Assembly: GCA_026770705.1 (NCBI GenBank)
Contig: JANJGN010000026.1
Span: 33,542,001-33,606,000 of the forward strand
Length of the DNA stretch: 64,000 bases
Source: Isurus oxyrinchus
Lineage: Eukaryota
Direction: 5' to 3'
Shown here: piece after piece, positions 53,361 to 64,000 of the stretch
Layout of the letters: the number at the start of each line of letters is the position of its first letter
Numbering within the stretch: position 1 is the first letter of the stretch
Made by a program: the position numbers and the translations under genes
Notes under the pieces: generated by a model
Told to the model about the DNA's origin: nothing
The model's input: only the letters and a program-made list of their open reading frames with translations
Databases searched by the model: none

Positions 53361-56300
53361 GTAAGAACCATGCACTTTTTAAAAACTGTACTATTTAAGT
53401 CTTTGCTTTACATTTTTGTCTATTTTAATAATTCACTCGTTGACTGAAATGTGGGTTTGGTGGATTCTGTGTGCAGATTTTTTTACAATGCTTCATGCGA
53501 TTCTGCTGAAATTGAGTTATATAATTCCGCTGTGTCTTGACAAAAAAGTGTTACTGAGGGATTGAGTCCCTGGTTGTTGTGATTTGGTGTTTATCTGCTG
53601 AGGATACTGTGTGACCGGGCTACTTGAAATGTCTAACGTTTGTTAAAACAGTTTGACGTTTCTGCAATGTTTAATCTCGGTGACATCTAATGGCTGCGGG
53701 TTTTACCATCTGTTACACAGGGTTTAAATATGTCTGAAATCAAGCCTAATTTAAACAAAATGTGCTTAAGTTTCAATGTTAATTTATTGAACATGTTCCG
53801 CCTACTCACAATGCTGGTGCCATTATTCCATATTTCTGTTTAGTTTAATTATTCATTCATTTGGTGACGATCGAGTTGTCTGGATTCGTTGTTGAGTTTT
53901 TCTTGCAATGTGACATTGAATTCTGTTGGAAGTATTTGTTCAATTGAGCTGCTTCTCCATGAAACAGGTTTCAGCCCCTCAGTGATGTGATTCTGGTGTA
54001 TTTTCTGCTGAGGAGATTGTGTGTCTGGGTGACTTTGAATTAGTAGAATTTGTGAAACGGTTTGGCGGTTCTGCATTGTTTCTGCTTTGTTTAAACTCGG
54101 TGACATTGAGCGGTTACACGTTTTGTGGTTGAATGGAAACAGTCTACGCGTTTGTATCTGCTTGAAGCGCGATTGTAGGCAGAAAACAGGTTTCAGAAAT
54201 GGGGAAAAAGCGTTTAACGATGCCTTAGAACATTTTGTTTTTATTTTAAGTGATAATTGCAAATTAAACTAAATCATGGATAATGACGCTCATTCAGAAC
54301 ATAACTCGGTACTGCAATCAGAAACTATATAATTAACAAGTTTTCAAATTGTAAAGTAAAATGAATATAATTCAAACAATTATAATATGGTAATATTTCT
54401 CCATATTGACGGAACAACTTTCATATTAACATAATTGCTCATTAATCGTCTTTCACAATTCTGCTGTGCACTGCGCACTATTAAGATGATAGGAAAAGTT
54501 TTTAGGCTGGAAACATTTTGTGATTATGTATTAAAAAAATCAATAAGAATATACTGACTCTACAGAATTGTTCAGATTCACAAGAGATTTTGAATTATTT
54601 TTTTAGATCCCTGATAACCTTTATCTTAAAATCTTAAAACCTTATCTTAAAGACTTAAAGAGGAGTTTGACATTGCAGTTTGGCAATATGTGTATCCGTT
54701 TATTACAACCTTTCTGTGCAACCAGAGCCGCATTATTCCTTCAATGTCATTGGGATTTGGATAGCGAGATAATTGTCACTAGTTTAATCTTAAACAGTTT
54801 TTTGGGGGTAGAATTTGCTGGCAGTAAATGAATTGTTCTTACATTTTCTTGAAATGTAGGAAGGTGCAGACTGCATATGAATAGAGATTGACAAGTAAAA
54901 GCTTGAAATTCGAACAGATTAATTTAATTGCAAACATTAATATTAGTTTTGAGCTTAATAACAATACCTCCCATAGTTGTGCTGGACACAGAATAGAATT
55001 ATAGGGGAAGAACAGATTATATCTGAGATTCATGCTTAATTCTTATTAAATGTTAAATTGAAGAACAAAATCTCGAATCCTTTTGCTGGTTATATTTCAG
55101 TGGCGCAGATGATCTGAATGAATTGTTCTCATCAAGTTTTATACTGATCAATTTGGATCTTCTTTCAATGAACAACATAGTTAACCATTAAATTATAGGG
55201 ATTGTTATCTAGGAAGCACTTTTATTGTTAAGTAACTGCTAGGAACATTTTTTACATATAGCTTGGAATTAAGACAAGTTTGCTTTAACCAACAGATGGT
55301 GTTACAGCCCATCGACAGTTAATGTGATGTGACCCCCGGCCATATTTGAAAATATTTAAAATATTCCACTCATAAAGTCATCGTGTGAATTACTCGATGA
55401 GAATAGATGGAATTTATGATTTCTCAATGCGTTCAGAAACACGCATAGTTTACAATTTTGTACGTTAAAACAGAGCAGTGGAAGTAAAAGTAAAATAGTA
55501 AATAATGATTAGATTTAAGTAAAATTGATATACTTCTCTGAATGTTACCATCTGGTAATTTCAAGTTTATTGTTCAACATTGTTTCAGTGTCAGGTTGAT
55601 TTAAATAAACCCCAATTATTTCACAAAGTACCAGGGAGAAACAAGTTTTCAATTATTGAAAACCATTTTTAATATTATAGAGTAGAAATCAGCTAACAAG
55701 AAAATGAATTGACAATAACAAGATAATTAACTTACAAGATAATATTAGTGAAAATTAATTCAACATAAATAAACTCCAACAATTAAGTAGTCATTATAAT
55801 GAATGCAAAATCTCAAAGGGTGGAGAGAATTTTTAATTGTATCCAAAATGAATTTAGAAAAGAATACTTCCTTACTCAGTTGTGCTCAGCTCGATAAGGT
55901 GTTTCGCCTTGATGATTTTCTTGATTATATTTATATCTACAATCACATCAAATCAGTGGGTAATCGATTTTCAATGTGACTATTTCCTGATTTGTTTAAT
56001 TCTTACCTTGTCATTGAGTTTCTGTTACGGACATGAAATTACCCTGAATCTGTCATATTTAATGTGCTCATTTTCAGGGTAACTTAAATCTTACATTGTT
56101 TGGAGATTTGAGGCAGACAGGGAGAATTAAATGGAGTTCAAAGGGAGTTTTAAAATGAAAATCAGATTAATTTCAAAGAAGTTATAGAATAATTGTAGTA
56201 AATTGACCATTGATCAATTAGAATCAAACAGCTTGAATAAAATGGACAGATTGAACAGATCTATCTGCTGGGAACTCACTTGTTGCATCATTTATGTCTG

Positions 56301-57559
56301 TTCTGTGCCTGTGCGCGTGGTCACTATGCTGGGACCAGGATTCTGACATATTGACAGTGAAGGAACGGCGATATAATTCCAAGTCAGAATAGTGGGTGCC
56401 TTGGAGGGGAACGTACAGGTGACAGTGTTTCCAAGCACCTGCTGCCCTTGTCCTTCTAGTTAGCAGAGATTGTGGGTTTTAAGGGTGCTCCTGAAGGAGC
56501 CTTGGCGAGTTGCTGCAGTGCATCTTGTATATGGTACACACTGCTGTCACTGTGCATCGGTGGGGGAGGGAGTAAATGTTTAAGGTGGTGGATGGGGTAC
56601 CAATTCTGTGGGCTGCTTTGTCCCGGATAGTATCGAGTTTCTTGGGGTTTTTTGAAGTTTCACTCATTGAGGCAAGTGGAAACTATTCAATCCCAGTCCT
56701 GACTTGTGCCTTGTAGATGGTCAGTTGTCTTTGGGCAATAGGAGTTGAATTGCTCGCCACAGAATTCCCAGCCTCTGACCGGCTCTTGCAGCCACAGCAT
56801 TTATATCAAAACTGGATTGAACCCTCTCGTGGGCATATTTGATGGAACAATGTAGAGAGAGTTTTATTTTATGTCAAACCAGTGCTGTACCTGACCCGGA
56901 GTGTTTGACAGTTCAGTGGAGAATTGGCTTTCTGTTGAATCCCATCCTTGCAGCTGATGACAGGAGTGTAGCGGAGGAGGAGTGGGGGCTTTAATCCATG
57001 TCTTAACTTGTCCTGTTCCTGACTTGAGAGCCTTTTCCCTGCAGAGGTCAAACAAACTGAATCAGCATCGAACTAACTGGCTGTGAGTCCTAGACCAGAT
57101 CTGTGAAAATAAATAGTTCCATTGCTCAGTTGAAATGACGCACATTAATTGTTTTTAACAATATTTCTGGAGAGAACATGTATGCATTTTAAATGAATTA
57201 ATTATGTTTAAGCATTTTGAGTATCAGAAAATCATTGAATGTGAGTGACCTGAACTTGAGCACAATTTCAGAACAAACAGAATCAGGGAGTAACAGTGAG
57301 GCTCCAGAGAGCAGCACCTGTTCTGATCTGATCAGAGGCTGCAAGTTATTTAAATGATTGAAATGGACAATGACCAGACTCCCACTCCAAATAACCAGTC
57401 GTGGGGAATTTGGGGAAAAGAAGCCGCCATCAAATACTGAGTTATTGAATTGCCGCCTGCAGGAGGAGGAATGAATGACAGAAATAAGAGCATGAGGAGG
57501 ACATTCGGCCCTTCGATCCTGCCCTCCATTCAGTAAGATCATGGTTCATCTACCTCGAC

Positions 57560-58040
57560 ACTCAGTCTCTTTACCACACACCCCCACTCGCTCACTCTCT
57601 GCATCACACACGCTCTCTCTCTCACACACACGTTCACTCTCTCTCTCTCACGCATTTTCTCTGACAGACACACACTGTCTCTTTCTCTCTCTGGCTCACA
57701 CACACACACACAAACATACTCTCACATTCTCTCTTTCACACACACAACCTCTCTTTAACACGCCCACACTCTGTCTCACACATTGCCTCTCTTTCACACA
57801 CACTCTCACACATACTGTCTCAACTACACACACTCTCATGCACGTGCACACTGTCTCTCCAACACACACATGCACTATTTCTCACACATGCACTCTCACA
57901 CACTCATTCTCTCTCACACACACACACACACACTTTCTGTCTCTGTCTCTCTCTCTCTTTCCCTCTCAAAAACACACATACACTTGCATGCACTCTCTCT
58001 CTCTCTTTCTCACGCACACACACACATTCTCACATACATA
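57560..58040 (+). repeat. Mixed (CA)/(CT) low-complexity tract
   Basis: Visible dinucleotide runs. Confidence 0.9.
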
Positions 58041-58609
58041 TGTGGGCTGAAAATATTAATTTCAGAATGAAAATCCGTTAAACTGCATGCATGTTCATTG
58101 TTCCATTTCTGAAGTCCTTTTGTGTAAAATGCAATTACACACGTGACATCACTATATATGTGGAGAATTTCCAAGTGTTGAACTAAACACAAAGAAACAA
58201 GAAAATGGGAGGGATGTGATGGAGACCACGGTCGCCTGGATCCCCAATACTGGTGCACACTTGGTGCAAGATGCCTGCACGGCCCATCCTGGTTTTGCTG
58301 TAACCTTCCCCTCCAGTCCCTCAGTCTGCCTATTCATGCACTGACATGGGTTTCTCAAAGAAAGGAATTGGCATTATAGCAGCTGGCCAGTGCTCTACAC
58401 TGCTGCCTGACTTTACACAGCCGGTGTTCCTGAAAGCTGATCAATCTGGAGAATCGGGACAGGTTCAATGGAGAGGAAGAGGAGGAGGTGGAGGTGGTGG
58501 AGCCGAATGGAGGAGCCCCCAGCTCGTCTGTGGACAACAGGCAATGGAAAGCTGAGCCAGAGCAGAAAATCATCTGGAGAAACATCACCTTGATGAGCCT
58601 GCAGACCTG

Positions 58610-59410
58610 GGCACCCTCACTACCCACAATCACTCACCCTCATTCTCTCACTCACCCTCACTACCCATAATCACTCATCCTCACTCAATCTCACTCACTC
58701 ACCCTCACTCACTCGCCATCACTCATCCTCACTCCCTCACCCACCCTCACTCACTCACCCTCACTCACTCGCCCTCACTCCCTCCATCACTCATCCGCCC
58801 TCCCTCACCCACCCATGCTCACTCACCCTCACTCACTCACACTCACTCACCCATCACTCACGCACCCTCACTCACTCTCTCTCACTCACCCTCACTCACC
58901 CTGTCTCATTCTCACTCACTTACTCACCCTAACTCACTCACTCTCACTCACCCTCACTCACCTTTCCCTTCCGAGCCTCATTCTCACTCAATTACCCACC
59001 CTAACTCACTCACACTCACTCACTCTCACTCACCCACAGTCACTCACCCAGCCTCATTCACAGTCATTCACCCACCCTCACTTATCCACCCTTACTCATC
59101 CACGCTCACTCATCCTTACTCAAACTCACTCATTCACCCATCCTTATTCACCTACCTGCACTCACAGTCAATAACTCATCCTCCCCACCCTCACACACCC
59201 AATCACCCTCACTTACATACCCACCCTCACACACCCAGCAACTCTCACTCACCCACTCATCCACCCTCAGTCAATCACCCACCCTCACTCACTCATCCAT
59301 TCTTACTCACCCACATTCAGGCACCCACCCACGCTCACTCATCACTCACCCACGCACCCTCACTCACTCAGCCACCCGCCCTCGCTCTGTCACTCAGCCA
59401 CCCTCACTTT
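58610..59410 (+). repeat. C-rich low-complexity (CACT/CACCCT)n tract
   Basis: Repeats of ctcactcaccctcact. Confidence 0.9.
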
Positions 59411-59559
59411 GTCAACCATGCACAGGCTCACTCACTCGATCACTTTTCCTAAATCGGCGTGTGGGAGGGCGGGAACGAGAGACCTGGAAGAGAGGCCTGA
59501 GGCCTAGCAGTGCCAGAAAGTGGAGGATGGCCGAAGGGAGCGATGAGCGTCGGTCGAAA

Positions 59560-61540
59560 GGGCAGAGAGGCGAGGAGAAAGTGCAGAGAGCCTGGGGGAA
59601 AAGGCAGAGAGCCAAGGGGGTTGGGGTGGAAGGGCAAAGAGCCGGGGGGTTTGGGGGGAAGGGAAGAGAGTCGGGAAAAAGGGCAGGGATCCAGCAAAAA
59701 GTGCATAGAGATTGGGCAAGGGTCATCGAGCCCGGGAACGGTCAGCGATCCAGTGGAAAAGGTCAGAGAGCCGAGCGAAAGCGCAGAGACCCGTGGAGTA
59801 AGTGCAGAGAGCTGGGGTAGAAAGCACAGGGAGGCGGGGGGGGTGGGGTGCAGTGCAGAGAGGCATGAGGGGGAAAGGGCAAAGAGGCGGCAGGGGGAAA
59901 GGGAAACGGCAGAGAGGCGGGGTGGAGGGCTGAGAGGCGGGGGGGCAGTGCGGAAAGGGCAGTAAAGCGGGGGGCAAAGGGCAGAGAAGCGGGAGGGGGA
60001 AAGGGCAGAGAGGCAGGAGGGGGAAAGGGCAGAGAGGCAGGAGGGGGAAAGGGCAGAGAGGCAGGAGGGAAAAAGGACAGAGAGGAGAGGAGGAAAGGGC
60101 AGGGAGGCCGGAGGAGGAAAGGGCAGAGAGGCCGGAGGGAAAAAGGGCAGAGAGGCGGGAGGGGGAAAAGGGCAGAGAGGCGGGAGGGGAAATGGGCAGA
60201 GAGGCGGGAGGGGAAATGGGCAGAGAGGCCGGAGGGAAAAAGGGCAGAGAGGCGGGAGGGGGAAAAGGGCAGAGAGGCCGGAGGGAAAAAGGGCAGAGAG
60301 GCGGGAGGGGGAAAAGGGCAGAGAGGCGGGAGGGGAAATGGGCAGAAAGGCGGGAGGGGAAATGGGCAGAGAGGTGGGAGGGGAAATGGGCAGAGAGGTG
60401 GGAGGGGAAATGGGCAGAGAGGTGGGAGGGGAAATGGGCAGAGATGCGGGAGGGGAAATGGGCAGAGAGGTGGGAGGGGGAAAGGGCAGAGAGGCAGGAG
60501 GGGAAATGGGCAGAGAGGTGGGAGGGGAAATGGGCAGAGAGGTGGGAGGGGAAATGGGCAGAGAGGCGGGGAGAAAGTGCTGAGAGGCGGGAGGGGGAAA
60601 GGGCAGAGAGGAGAGGAGGAAAGGGCAGAGAGGCGGGAGGGGGCAAAGGGCAGAGAGGTGGGAGGGCGAAGGGCAGAGAGGCGGGAGGGGGAAAGGGCAG
60701 GGAGGCGGGAGGGGAAAAGGGCAGAGAGGCCAGAGGGAAAAAGGGCAGAGAGGCAGAAGGGTGAAAGGGCAGAGAGGCTGGCGAGAAAGGGAAGAGAGGC
60801 GAGGGGTAAAGGGCAATGAGGCAGGAGGGGCAAAGGGCAGAGAGGCGGGTGGGGCAAAGGGCAGAGAGGCGGGTGGGGGGAAAGGGCAGAGAGGCGGGAG
60901 GGCAAAGGGTAGAAGGGCCAGAGGGGGAAAGTGCAGAGAGACGGGAGGGGGAAAGGGCAGAGAGACGGGAGGGGGAAAGGGCAGAGAGACGGGAGGGGGA
61001 AAGAGCAGAGAGGTGGGAGGAGGAAAGGGCAGAGAGGCGGAGGGAGGAAAGGGCAGAGAGGCAGGAGGGGGAAAGGGCAGAGAGGCGGGAGGGGGCAAGT
61101 GCAGAGAGGAGGGTGGGGGTAAAGGGCAGAGAGGTGGAGGGAGGAAAGGGCAGAGAGGCAGGAGGGGGAAAGGGCAGAGAGGCGGGAGGGGGAAAGGGCA
61201 GAGAGGCAGAGGGAGGAAGGGGCAGAGAGGCAGGAGGGGGGAAGTGCAGACAGGAGGGTGGGGGTAAAGGGCAGAGAGGCAGAGGGAGGAAAGGGCAGAG
61301 AGGCAGGAGGGGGGAAGTGCAGACAGGAGGGTGGGGGTAAAGGGCAGAGAGGCTGCAAGGGAAAGGGCAGAGAGGCAGGAGCAGGCAAGAGCAGAGAGGT
61401 GGGGGGGGAAGGGCATAGAGGTGGAGGGAGGAAAGGGCAAAGAGGCGGAGGGAAAGGGCAGCGAAGCGGGCAGGGGGAAGGGCTGAGAGGTGGCGGAATG
61501 GGGAAGGGCAGCGAGGTGGGCAAAAGTGCAGAGAGCCGGA
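59560..61540 (+). repeat. G/A-rich ~24-bp minisatellite
   Basis: Unit GGGCAGAGAGGCGGGAGGGGGAAA; explains the long Pro- and Gly/Arg-rich spurious ORFs. Confidence 0.95.
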
Positions 61541-62009
61541 ATACAGTGGGGACATCCGAGCGAAAGCATTTGTGAGCCGAGGCTCCAGGCGCCCTGGGCC
61601 CCATTCTCTCTCTCTCTCTCTCTCTCCCTCATTGCATCTCCTCCTCCTGAAATCCTTTCCTTTCCTGGGGAAAGGCGATAAGTGCCTAGGAGAGAAAGGA
61701 GACAATGTCTCAGTGCGCTCCCCCCCCTCACCCCGGCCCCACCGGCTTCCTACACCTTCCTCCAGCGGGTGTTCACTGCCCCTCCAATCACAACCTGTTT
61801 GTCTCCCACTTTTCCTGCTGATAGGCCCACTAGTCAGGCTATCAGCAGCTAACGGGTCGAAGGCTCGCCTGAGATTGGGGGAGCATCTCCTTACAGATAT
61901 CTTCAACTCCACTTACCTGCCTTACTAGCATTTTGAACAACGGCTCCGGGGGCCAGACAGAGGGGCTTCGGGGGCCACAATCCAGTGAAGGGACATGGAT
62001 TGGACAAGC

Positions 62010-63590
62010 CCATAATAAAGGAAAATAAGGAAATGGGCAGAGAAGTTGGCCAAATACTTTGGCCTTAACGAGGTGGTTACTAAAATGGCAGAGGCATTGG
62101 TTTTAATTTTCCAAACCTCCCGAGATTCTGGAACAGTCTAATCAGGTTGGAAAATAGAGAATGAGGCTTTCTCTTAAAGAAAGGAGGGAAAGGGAAAGCA
62201 AGAAACTACAGGCCAGTTAGCTTAACATCTGTCAGAGCGAAAATGTTTTAATCTTTTCTTAAAGAGTATATCACGGGTCACCAAGAAAATCCAAATGCAA
62301 ATATGGAGATCCATCATAGTTTTGTGAAAGGGAAATCAATCACGTTTGGCTGATTTATTTGAGGCCTTTGAAGTAAGAAGGAACATGAATAAAGGAGAAC
62401 CTGTGGGTGTGCTATACTTGGACTTCAAGAAGGCATTTGACAAAGTGGCACGTCAAGGTTATTACACAAAATAGTGGTGTCAGCAGTAACATTTCAGCAT
62501 GGATAGAAGTTTGGTTAGCTAAAAGGGATAAATTGGTTATTTTAGATTGGCAAGATGTGACAAGTGGAGTGCCACAGGGATCAATGCTGCGGCCTCAACT
62601 ATTTACAATTTATAACAATGACTTGAATTAAAGGACTGAATGAATTTGCTAAATTTGCTGATAACACAAAATAGATAGCAAAGTAAATGGTGAAGAGAGG
62701 TTAAAGATCAGCAAAGGGATATCGATAGGTTAAGTGAGTGGGCAAAGAAAATGACAGATGGAGTATAATGTGGGAAAATATAAACTTGTCCACTTTGGCA
62801 GGAAGAATACAAAAGCAGCGTATTATTGAAAGGGAGAGAGATGGCAGAACCCTGAGGTACAGAGGGATGTGGATCCCTTGGTGCATGAATCACAAAAAGT
62901 TATAATGCAGGAACAGCAAGTGATGAGGAAGGCAAAGGGAATGTTGGCATTTATCACAAGGGGAACAGAATATAATGGAAGGATATTTTGCTACAGTTTA
63001 ACGGGGTGGCGATGAGACCTCGTCTGAATTACTGTGTACAGATTTGGTCTCGTTTAAGAAAGGATATAAAAGCATTAGAAGCTGTTCAGAGAATGTTCAT
63101 TCAAATGATACTGGGAGGTGTCGTCGGTTATCTTATGAGGAAAGTTTGGATAGGCTGGGCCTGTATCCATCGGAGTTTAGAAGAATAAGAGCTCATTTTA
63201 TTCAAACATATAATATCCTGAGGGGAATTAACAGGGTGGATGCTGAAAGGATGTTTCCCCTTGTGAGAGAGACTAACGATAGGGAACACGGTTTAAAAAT
63301 AAGAGGTCTCCCATTTCAGACAGAAATGGGGGGATTTTATTTTTTCTTTCAATGACTCGTGAAACTTTGGAACTCTCTTCCCCAGAGAGCGATGGAGGAG
63401 GAGTCATTAATATTTCAAGGCAGAGGTAGAGAGATTCTTCATTGACAAGGGAGTCAAAGGTTAGCGGAGATTAGGCGGGAATGTGGAGTTCACGCCACAA
63501 TCGGATCAGCTATGATCGGTAGTGAATGGTGGAGGAGGCCCCAGAGGCCGAATGGCCTACTCCTGCTACTGATCCGCACGTTCACATGTA
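62010..63590 (+). mobile_element. CR1-type LINE RT/3' fragment
   Basis: YLDFKKAFD at nucleotide level, SGVPQGSMLRPQLFTIY, EFRRIRAH. Confidence 0.9.
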
Positions 63591-64000
63591 CATACGATTG
63601 GAAAATATCGTACTAACAGTCACTGGTATTCAGTTTAGGGTTCTATGGTCATTATATAGGTACCATTACAAAGGTACTTTCGAAGGGTTATTGCTGTTCT
63701 TTGTTTTGGGGGGGATGTGGAGAGGGGAGGGGGCATCAGGAAATTTGAACAGAGCCAATTTTCAAAGCTGCAATGATATAAATGATGAGACAAATTCTCT
63801 ATCACCACGTGCTGTTGATTGAGAAATAAATGGTGCCAAAATAATGGGGAAGATGCTCTGCTCTTCCATTTTAATCCACTGAAAGGTACGTCATTCAGAT
63901 GACATCAAAATGTTCTCTTTTAGTAATGGGATAGAGGCGGAAAAAGAGGTGTGGGTTTCTAAAGAGGGAACCGACAAGTGAGGGTCACCAAATGATGGGA

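Noticed and set aside
59449-61912. 613-760 aa ORFs
   Set aside because: Translations of the stop-poor 24-bp minisatellite; open in several frames.

Overview
Cartilaginous-fish (shark) genomic DNA from an antigen-receptor locus, most consistent with the TCR alpha/delta region. Left end, minus strand: an apparently intact NAR-TCR cassette (leader, VNAR-like V with an extra FR1 Cys, 12/12 D, J, then a leaderless 'supporting' TCR-delta V with an extra CDR1 Cys). The supporting V's 23-RSS is tandemly triplicated in 60-bp units. Two decayed TCR-type V pseudogenes follow at about 10.8 and 12.0 kb. Right end, plus strand and divergently oriented: an intact-looking IgM-type heavy-chain minilocus (L-VH-D1-D2-JH, all RSS present). 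No constant exon was recognised in the 10.6 kb after JH, but a G-rich 24-bp minisatellite lies there. Between the two cassettes: an old inverted duplication (about 12.5-20.4 kb vs 43.85-49.25 kb), an ~8-kb 27/54-bp satellite, CR1/RTE LINE fragments, SINEs and Penelope-like elements with minimal hammerhead ribozymes, including a perfect 101-bp-arm foldback insertion. All calls were made by eye, repeat boundaries are approximate, and there is an N gap at 12102-12310.
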